Made by a program: the position numbers and the translations under genes. The notes under the pieces were generated by a model that was not told where the DNA came from, did no database searches, and worked only from the letters and a program-made list of their open reading frames with translations. This document shows, one piece after another, positions 18,364-25,579 of a stretch of 36,946 nt of DNA. The stretch's first letter is position 1, and the number at the start of each line of letters is the position of its first letter. Source of the DNA: a candidate division WOR-3 bacterium (lineage in GTDB: Bacteria; SDB-A). The stretch lies in the NCBI GenBank assembly GCA_016934535.1, contig JAFGSQ010000062.1, positions 1-36,946 of the forward strand. The letters are read 5' to 3'.

Positions 18364-19470
18364 ATGAACAATTCGTACCTTTTTGAAAAACCTATAGGAG
18401 GCTTGATCGGACTCACCGATTTTACGGACAGATGGCAAGTCACCCTGGATTCTTTCAACAAAAAGAATTTCAGGGAAACTGTAATAAATTTCCTGAATTA
18501 CCTGGACCCTGAAGTTGTAAAAAAACACGGAAATAAAAATAAAGACGAATTCGACATTCCCCACGGTTCCATTGTCATAAAACTTAAACTCACCGACAAA
18601 GAACTGGATATAAACGCCCCGTTTTTGAGTGTACCTGAGAAAAAAGTAAACGCCTTGCTCAGGCAGATCGCAGAAATAAACTTCTCAGTTCTTTTTTTAA
18701 CTCAAATCGTCCTTGAAGAAGACAAGCTGTTTTTCAGGATAAAACTTCCCCTTGAATTGTGTGAGCCTTATAAACTTTACGACATTCTTTATGAAATATG
18801 CATTAACGCTGATCATTACGACGACCTCTTCATAGAAAAATTTCAGACTCAGAGGATATACACTCCAAAATTCACTCGCTATTCCGACAAGGAACTCAAG
18901 GATTATTTCGAAAAGTTCAAACTGCATGTTAAGGAAAGTCTTGATTTTCTTACATATTTCAAAGAAAAAAGATGGTTCGACATCGGAGTTGAATCTGCAC
19001 TCATTTCGATGATGAAATTAGATTACATTTTTTCTCTTCAGGGGTTTTTGAGAACAGAAATAGAAAAAGCAATAAATGAATCCTACGCAAAAATCCCCCC
19101 GGCAGAAAAATTGGAACACGCGTACAGTTTTTTTGAAAACCTTGGATCAATTTCATATGAAAAATTCGCAGATTCAACGTACAAAACTGAGTTCTTAATT
19201 TCTGTGAGAAAACACGCCACTTTGCCAGTTGTCAAAAAACAACTTGAAAATTACTACAACAACGCTGAAAAAGACATGGCTTCTTCTGCGCACTTGAGCG
19301 CAGTTATATTCCTTCTTTACGACATATACAATTTATACTACAGGTTTCTTGTTCCTAAAAACATAGAAGAAACACTTAATCAAGGTTTGAAAAATTCTTC
19401 GGGAAAAGATTGGAAAACAGCCGCTGAAGAACTTTTCAAATCGATGACAAAAGTAATGAATTCTCAGTAA
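18364..19470 (+). CDS. Uncharacterised protein: YbjN/T3SS-chaperone-like domain plus an alpha-helical C-terminal region
   Basis: GGAGG RBS. Residues ~60-160 (IPHGSIVI...APFLSVP...ADHYDDLFIEKF) parallel the C-terminal domain of the next gene. The fold call is pattern-based. Confidence 0.6.
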   Translation: MNNSYLFEKPIGGLIGLTDFTDRWQVTLDSFNKKNFRETVINFLNYLDPEVVKKHGNKNKDEFDIPHGSIVIKLKLTDKELDINAPFLSVPEKKVNALLRQIAEINFSVLFLTQIVLEEDKLFFRIKLPLELCEPYKLYDILYEICINADHYDDLFIEKFQTQRIYTPKFTRYSDKELKDYFEKFKLHVKESLDFLTYFKEKRWFDIGVESALISMMKLDYIFSLQGFLRTEIEKAINESYAKIPPAEKLEHAYSFFENLGSISYEKFADSTYKTEFLISVRKHATLPVVKKQLENYYNNAEKDMASSAHLSAVIFLLYDIYNLYYRFLVPKNIEETLNQGLKNSSGKDWKTAAEELFKSMTKVMNSQ

Positions 19471-19485
19471 TCTACGGAGGAAAAA

Positions 19486-20574
19486 ATGGCAGACATAAAT
19501 GAAATCTTCAATCTGGTTTATAAAATCAAGACTTCAAAAGGAAGCGGATCAGGGTTCTTTTCAAAAAAGCACGGTGTAATAATAACGAATCACCACGTGA
19601 TTGACGGAGAGAGAGAAGTCTCTGTCGAAAATTCCGACAAAAAGCCTTTCAAAGCCGATGTCATTCTAATCTCTCCGAAATACGACCTCGCTTTTCTCAA
19701 GCCTTCGCGCGAAATTCCGTCTCCTGAAATCAATTTTTCAAGTACCGGAAATCTTAAAAATATGGACAAGGTTCTAGTTCTCGGCTATCCGTTCGGTTTT
19801 CCTTTCACGGTAACAGAAGGGATAATCTCTAACATGAATCAACTAGTCAACGGTCAATGCTACATACAGACAGACGCCGCGATAAATCCCGGCAACAGCG
19901 GCGGACCAATGGTTTTACCGGAAGGTAAAATAATCGGGATCACTACTTGCAAATTCAAAGAAGCTGAAAACATGGGTTTTTCACTCCCGGCGGACATCAT
20001 TATGAAAGAGCTCGAGGTTTTTGAAAAGAAAATGCCCCATAAGTATTCGGTCAAATGCCCGTCGTGCAGTTTCCTGCTTGAACAGGAAGACGAATACTGT
20101 GAAAATTGCGGCGCCAAGCTTGACGCGAAAAAACTGTTCGGCAAAACTCCGATGAGCGCTTTATCATTGTTTATAGAAAAAACAATTCAAACAATGGGAA
20201 TAGATCCGATCCTCGCGAGAAACGGCTATGAATTCTGGGAATTTCACAAAGGCAGCGCTCTTTTGAGGATATTCGTCTACAGAACAAATTACCTGATAGC
20301 AACCTGCCCTCTTGTCAAACTGCCCCAGGAAAATCTCACGGAGTTATACAAATACATACTCAGCAATCCGGCGCTTCCATTTTATCTCGGAGTTGACAAA
20401 GGAATTATATACGTATCTTACAGAATTCATCTCACCGACATCAATTCAAGTTTTTCGGAAAAAATAATGAAAAACATCCTGGAAATATCTTTGAAAGCCG
20501 ACGAACTGGACAATTATCTCATCGAAAAATTCGGCTGCGTTTTGTCTGACGAAGCGGACAAGACGGCGGTATGA
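19486..20574 (+). CDS. Cytoplasmic trypsin-like (S1C/HtrA-type) serine protease with a zinc ribbon and a C-terminal YbjN-like domain
   Basis: Triad motifs GSGF, TNHHV, YDLAFL and QTDAAINPGNSGGP; CPSC...CENC; no signal peptide, TM helix or PDZ domain. Confidence 0.88.
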   Translation: MADINEIFNLVYKIKTSKGSGSGFFSKKHGVIITNHHVIDGEREVSVENSDKKPFKADVILISPKYDLAFLKPSREIPSPEINFSSTGNLKNMDKVLVLGYPFGFPFTVTEGIISNMNQLVNGQCYIQTDAAINPGNSGGPMVLPEGKIIGITTCKFKEAENMGFSLPADIIMKELEVFEKKMPHKYSVKCPSCSFLLEQEDEYCENCGAKLDAKKLFGKTPMSALSLFIEKTIQTMGIDPILARNGYEFWEFHKGSALLRIFVYRTNYLIATCPLVKLPQENLTELYKYILSNPALPFYLGVDKGIIYVSYRIHLTDINSSFSEKIMKNILEISLKADELDNYLIEKFGCVLSDEADKTAV

Positions 20575-20575
20575 A

Positions 20576-20848
20576 ATGCCTCAGATATTTGAAGGGGTCA
20601 TGCTTGTCTGTTTCGGCTCAGCTTGGCCGTTTTCCATTTGGAAATCGTTCTCGTCCAAAAATAACGAAGGGAAAAGCCTCCCTTTCCTTTGGATAATTTT
20701 TATCGGATATCTTTGCGGGATAACTCACAAGATACTGGCAGTGCCGGACAAAATTACGTTTCTTTACGCGTTAAATGCTCTTATGGTCCTGACCGATATC
20801 ACTCTTTTTTACAGGAACAGAACCTTTGCAAACAAAAGCGCGGCGTGA
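20576..20848 (+). CDS. SemiSWEET/PQ-loop-like small membrane protein (3 TM)
   Basis: 90 aa with three hydrophobic segments and a WPxSIxKSxxSKxxxGKS pattern; starts 1 nt after the protease stop. Confidence 0.7.
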   Translation: MPQIFEGVMLVCFGSAWPFSIWKSFSSKNNEGKSLPFLWIIFIGYLCGITHKILAVPDKITFLYALNALMVLTDITLFYRNRTFANKSAA

Positions 20849-20865
20849 CTTACGCCCCGCCGCGC
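20838..20865 (-). terminator. GC-rich hairpin between convergent genes; probable intrinsic terminator for argF
   Basis: 8-bp stem GCGCGGCG / CGCCGCGC with a 12-nt loop, followed by TTTTGTTT on the minus strand. Confidence 0.55.
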
Positions 20866-20884
20866 AGATTATTCTCAGTAATCA

Positions 20885-21886
20885 TTAATCCCCTAAAGAA
20901 GCTACCATTACTGCTTTTATTGTATGCATTCTGTTTTCTGCCTCATCGAAAACGACGGAAGCAGCAGATTCAAATACTTCCTCTGTGACTTCAAGACCGT
21001 CGAGATTGTATTCCTTGAATATCTTTTCTCCGAGTGAAGTTTCCCTATTGTGAAAAGAAGGAAGGCAATGCAAAAAACGAACATTTTTGTTCCCTGTTTT
21101 TTCGACGAGAGTCTTGTTCACCTGATAGGGTAGCATCTTTTTTATCCTGTCTCTCCACAAGTCTTCGGATTCACCCATTGAGAGCCAAACATCCGTGTAA
21201 AGAAAATCCGCCCCCTTGACCGCTTCCTCGGGATCCTCGGTCACGGATATCTTTGCTCCATTTTCTCCCGCCAGTTCTCGGCATTGTTTCAACAGTTTTT
21301 CATCAGGGTGTCTGTCTTTAGGACCGGCAGCCCGGAAATCAATTCCCATTTTTGCAGATCCAACCATCAGAGAATTCGAAACGTTGTTTCTGGTGTCTCC
21401 AAGAAAGCAAAGCGACATTTTGTGCAGAGGTTTTTCGTTATGTTCGATCATCGTCATGAAATCAGCGAGTACCTGTGTCGGATGAAATTCATCGGTCAAT
21501 CCGTTCCAAACCGGAACGTTAGAATATTTGGCGAGAGTTTCCACTATGTTTTGTCCAAAACCCCTGTATTCTATTCCGTCGAACATCCTTCCCAAAACCC
21601 TTGCAGTGTCTTTTATGCTCTCCTTTTTACCCATGTGAGAGCCTTCGGGTCCGAGATAGGTGACGCAAGCGCCTTGATCGAATGCGGCGCTTTCGAAAGC
21701 GCATCTTGTCCGCGTCGAAGCTTTTTCGAAAATCAGGGCGATCTTTTTTCCTTTAAGTCTCTGCTGTTCACAACCGGCAATTTTCGCTCTTTTCAGGTAA
21801 AATGAAAGGTCAAGCAGGTACTTTATTTCTTCCTGAGTAAAATCGAGAAGTTTAAGAAAATTCCTGTTCCGCAAATTGAATGACAT
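20885..21886 (-). CDS. argF: Ornithine carbamoyltransferase
   Basis: [24 protein letters not shown] and AENR; AAGGAG RBS. Confidence 0.96.
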   Translation of the reverse strand: MSFNLRNRNFLKLLDFTQEEIKYLLDLSFYLKRAKIAGCEQQRLKGKKIALIFEKASTRTRCAFESAAFDQGACVTYLGPEGSHMGKKESIKDTARVLGRMFDGIEYRGFGQNIVETLAKYSNVPVWNGLTDEFHPTQVLADFMTMIEHNEKPLHKMSLCFLGDTRNNVSNSLMVGSAKMGIDFRAAGPKDRHPDEKLLKQCRELAGENGAKISVTEDPEEAVKGADFLYTDVWLSMGESEDLWRDRIKKMLPYQVNKTLVEKTGNKNVRFLHCLPSFHNRETSLGEKIFKEYNLDGLEVTEEVFESAASVVFDEAENRMHTIKAVMVASLGD

Positions 21887-21946
21887 TTGAGCTCCTTTTG
21901 TATTGCGCTTTTTATTCCGTACAATGTTTCGGGAAAATTGCGTTCG

Positions 21947-21975
21947 ATAATATCAGAAATTGAGGGATTTTTCAA
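21947..21975 (-). promoter_or_regulatory. Sigma70-type promoter of argF
   Basis: TTGAAA (21975-21970), 17 nt, TATTAT (21952-21947) with an extended -10 TG. Confidence 0.6.
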
Positions 21976-22049
21976 CCCTTGAAAAAAAGATTTTTCTTTT
22001 TGCACTTTCAAGTATAATAGCTTTGCAAGCGGATTGGAAAAAGAAAAAA

Positions 22050-22589
22050 ATGACTGGATTTACAAAAAATTTCACAAATCATAAGCATCTTGCAGCGACA
22101 ATATTATTTGTTGTGTCCCTGCCGGCTCATGCAATAACATCTGATTTGCCAGCTGAGGAACCGGAATTCGTATACAAAAGAGTTTTCCCATATAACATCG
22201 CCTTGACGTATAACGAAAAAATCGGAATAAATGCTGAGATAAATCTTTATATTCCTAGAACAGTCAAACTCTCGTGGCCGTATATAGTCAATTACAGTAT
22301 AATGGACGGACCATTCCTCTCAATAAATGCAGGGTATAGAGCCGCGGGTATTGGCCTTGGATACGGCTTATTTACAAGATCTTTGGGCACGACAGGAACC
22401 AATTTAGCCGTCAAACTTCTTTACTCATACGGCTTATCCGAGCACATCGTAATGCATTCGTACTACTTGAATACCGAACTGGAATCTATCGTCATGTTCT
22501 TTTGTTTCGAAGCAGGTCATTTAAAACGCATCAATAGCCGGGAAGAGACGAGAAACCTGTTTTATTTCGGCTGTGGCATAAAATTGTAA
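22050..22589 (+). CDS. Exported hypothetical protein, possible small outer-membrane beta-barrel
   Basis: Probable start ATG 22050, downstream of TATAAT at 22013; signal peptide ending AHA; beta-strand pattern; C-terminal FYFGCGIKL. Confidence 0.5.
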   Translation: MTGFTKNFTNHKHLAATILFVVSLPAHAITSDLPAEEPEFVYKRVFPYNIALTYNEKIGINAEINLYIPRTVKLSWPYIVNYSIMDGPFLSINAGYRAAGIGLGYGLFTRSLGTTGTNLAVKLLYSYGLSEHIVMHSYYLNTELESIVMFFCFEAGHLKRINSREETRNLFYFGCGIKL

Positions 22590-22781
22590 AAATTTATTCT
22601 TAATTTTATTGACACAATCCACGTTTCCTCAGTGAATACTTGCTATTTACGATAATTACCTTTACCTTTAGCGATTCATGCTATTTTAATTTTTCTTTTC
22701 AAAACCGGGAATATTTGATAGAATGAACTTTAATTTACCGCATTCCCTATTAAACATTTAACAGTTGTGCATGTTGTTGTT

Positions 22782-25499
22782 ATGAAAAAAAAAATTAAAA
22801 CGAAAAAAAAACATCCTCTTGTTCTCTTTTTTACTGACGGTAAAAAATCTTCATCTAAAATCATAAAAACGCTTGAAAACCAAGGCTTTTCAGTCCAAGT
22901 TTCCAAGGACAGGCCAAAATGCATCGCCATATCGGAAAAGATTAAACCAGATCTGGTGATTTTCAGTGCTTACGAAAGAGGAGCAAAAAACGCTTCTTCC
23001 TTCAGAAAGTTTAAATTGAACGCCAAATTGAGATCGACGTCGCTTATTTTTATTCTCGCATCAGAGAAACAAACAGTTGACGTAACCCCTGATCTTGGTA
23101 CAATCGACGATTTCATATTGGCTCCCTTTAAACCTGCTGAATTGGTAGGCAGAATTACAAAATGCCTGGATAAAAACAAGTCTTCACCGAAAGCAAAAAA
23201 GAAAAGCAGAATTTTATCTTCCCGTATTGAGAAAATCGAGAACGATTACATGAGGCTCATCGAATTCAATCCGGCTGCTATAGCTATTCATTCGGAAGGA
23301 AAAATCATATACGCTAACAAAAGAGCCGCCTTTTTGACAGCGGCAAAATCACCGGATGATCTTATAGGACGTCCGGTTTTCAGCTTTGTTCATACTGATT
23401 TCAGACAGATAGTCTCGGAAAGAATTAAACTCGCCCAGGAACATGATAAACATTCTGATCCAATTGTGGAGAAATTTCTCAGACTCGACGGAAGAGAAAT
23501 TGACGTCGAAGTCGCCTCTTTTCCTATAACATTTAAAAACAAGAAATCGAGCATAGTGGTCGTATGGGACATAACTGACCTGAAAAAAGCAGAGAGTGAA
23601 CTGAAAGAGTCGGAAAATAAATTCAAGCTCCTCTTCGAAAACCTCCCAGACGCCGTGATATTGAGTAAGATAGGAGGAGAAAACAGCGGATTGATTGTTG
23701 ACGCAAACAAATCCGCCGAATCCCAAACTGGATACACCAAAGATGAAATAATAGAAAAAAACGTACTTTCAGACCCGTCCGTCAGAGTAGCTGACAAAGA
23801 ATCGATTCCGGAATTCATGGAAAATCTCTCCAAAGGCATCCCTGTTCTTTACACGGACGAAAAGACAAAAAAAGACGGAACCCGGTATTGGGTGGAAGCT
23901 CTTACCACGCTTCTCAATCGAGGCGAAGATTCTTTGTCGGTATCCGTATGCAGAGACATAACTCAGCAGAAATTGACAGAAGAAAATGTTCTGATGCTCT
24001 CTCACGCTGTCGAGCAAAGCCCGACCCTGATCATGATAACCGACAAAAACGGTTCAATAGAATACGTCAACCCAAAATTTACTGAAGTTACAGGGTATTC
24101 TCTTGAAGAATCCGTCGGCAAGAATCCGAAATTTCTTAAAACCGGCGAAACCGATGAAATTGAATACAAGGAGCTATGGGACACTATTAACTCGGGAAGG
24201 ACGTGGAAGGGAGAATTCAAAAATAAAAAGAAAAACGGCGACACATATTGGGAATCGGCGACCATTGCGCCTGTCAAAAACGACAAAGGCGAAATAATCA
24301 GATTTTTCTCGGTAAAGGAAGACGTCACAGCAATCCGCCAGCTCAATCAGCAGCTGGCTCAAGTTCAGAAACTTGACTCAATCGGCACTCTCGCAGGTGA
24401 TATGGCACATGATTTTAGGAACATAATTTCTGTAATAACCAATTTAGCCGAGATCATCAACATGAAGATCGATTCCGGAGAAGCGGTAAATCAGGAATTG
24501 ATGTTTATAAAGGATTCATGCAGAAAAGCTTCTGACCTGACAAACAGACTGCTCACTTTCAGCCGAAAACAGGACTTCTCGCCCGTATTTCTAGACCTTA
24601 ACGAGTCGATAAGAAATTTCAAGGAGATGACGAGCCATCTGGTCGGCAGTGACATAGAGATAGAACTCAGGCTTTCCGCTGACATTGAACCGATCAAAGC
24701 AGATCCTCTTCAGCTGGAACAAATACTAATCAATCTGACTGTGAATGCCAGAGACGCCATATTACAAAAACATGACGGCGAAAAGAGAATCATAATTGAG
24801 ACGAAAGGCATCTGGCTCGATGAATCTTACTCAATGATGCACATAGGCATAACTGAAGGGGATTATATCCAGATCTCAATCAGCGATACAGGCATCGGTA
24901 TGCCGGAAGATGTGATTCAGAGGATTTTCGAGCCTTTTTTCACGACGAAAGAAAAGGGTAAAGGATGCGGTCTGGGGCTTTCCATCATATACGGGATAGT
25001 GAAACAAAACCATGCGGGCATAAGCGTATACAGCGAAAAGGATCACGGAACTACATTAAAAATTTATTGGCCTGTCTCTAACGGAAAACACCTGAAAACT
25101 TCCATAAAAAATACAAATATCAAAGGCGGGAATGAAACAATTCTTATCGTAGACGACAACGAATGCATCAGAAATTTTTCTTTTATATTACTTAAAAAGC
25201 TTGGTTACACAGTGCTCGAAGCCAAGAACGGAGAAACTGCTCTAAAACTTCTCGAATCGTCAGACTACGCGGTAGATCTTGTGCTGACAGACATCATCAT
25301 GCCTGTAATGAACGGCAAAGAATTATCAAATATAATCGCCGAAAAAAATCCAAAAGTTAAATTTCTGTTCTGTTCCGGATATCCCAACGGACACATTCCT
25401 GTGAAAGAGGGATTCGAAAACGGGACGAATTTCATTCAAAAAGCTTTTTCAGAGGAGAAACTGGCCAGAAAAATCAGGGACGTCCTCGACTCTGATTAA
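22782..25499 (+). CDS. Cytoplasmic hybrid histidine kinase: pseudo-receiver, 3 PAS, HisKA, HATPase, receiver (CckA-like)
   Basis: H-box AHDFRN, NLTVNARDA, DTGIG, FEPFFTTK, GxGLGL, receiver LTDIIMP, and three PAS motifs ending WDIT/RDIT/EDVT. Start uncertain (22767 or 22782). Confidence 0.93.
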   Translation: MKKKIKTKKKHPLVLFFTDGKKSSSKIIKTLENQGFSVQVSKDRPKCIAISEKIKPDLVIFSAYERGAKNASSFRKFKLNAKLRSTSLIFILASEKQTVDVTPDLGTIDDFILAPFKPAELVGRITKCLDKNKSSPKAKKKSRILSSRIEKIENDYMRLIEFNPAAIAIHSEGKIIYANKRAAFLTAAKSPDDLIGRPVFSFVHTDFRQIVSERIKLAQEHDKHSDPIVEKFLRLDGREIDVEVASFPITFKNKKSSIVVVWDITDLKKAESELKESENKFKLLFENLPDAVILSKIGGENSGLIVDANKSAESQTGYTKDEIIEKNVLSDPSVRVADKESIPEFMENLSKGIPVLYTDEKTKKDGTRYWVEALTTLLNRGEDSLSVSVCRDITQQKLTEENVLMLSHAVEQSPTLIMITDKNGSIEYVNPKFTEVTGYSLEESVGKNPKFLKTGETDEIEYKELWDTINSGRTWKGEFKNKKKNGDTYWESATIAPVKNDKGEIIRFFSVKEDVTAIRQLNQQLAQVQKLDSIGTLAGDMAHDFRNIISVITNLAEIINMKIDSGEAVNQELMFIKDSCRKASDLTNRLLTFSRKQDFSPVFLDLNESIRNFKEMTSHLVGSDIEIELRLSADIEPIKADPLQLEQILINLTVNARDAILQKHDGEKRIIIETKGIWLDESYSMMHIGITEGDYIQISISDTGIGMPEDVIQRIFEPFFTTKEKGKGCGLGLSIIYGIVKQNHAGISVYSEKDHGTTLKIYWPVSNGKHLKTSIKNTNIKGGNETILIVDDNECIRNFSFILLKKLGYTVLEAKNGETALKLLESSDYAVDLVLTDIIMPVMNGKELSNIIAEKNPKVKFLFCSGYPNGHIPVKEGFENGTNFIQKAFSEEKLARKIRDVLDSD

Positions 25500-25522
25500 G
25501 CACTTTCCTGTTATATCCCATG

Positions 25523-25560
25523 TTCATTCACAATGATCCTTCAAGGACATTGGTTATGAA
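25523..25560. terminator. Imperfect hairpin between the convergent kinase and ATPase genes
   Basis: Nested inverted repeats TTCAT/ATGAA, CAATG/CATTG and TCCT/AGGA; no clear U-tract. Confidence 0.3.
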
Positions 25561-25579
25561 AGCGCAAAATCACTCGGAT

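Noticed and set aside
21887-21945. ARG box upstream of argF
   Set aside because: No adequate match to the TGAAT-N4-ATTCA palindrome.
22574-22588. Sigma54-like TGGCATAAAATTGTA upstream of the kinase
   Set aside because: Spacing is one base short of GG-N10-GC, the -12 GC is absent, and it lies inside a CDS.
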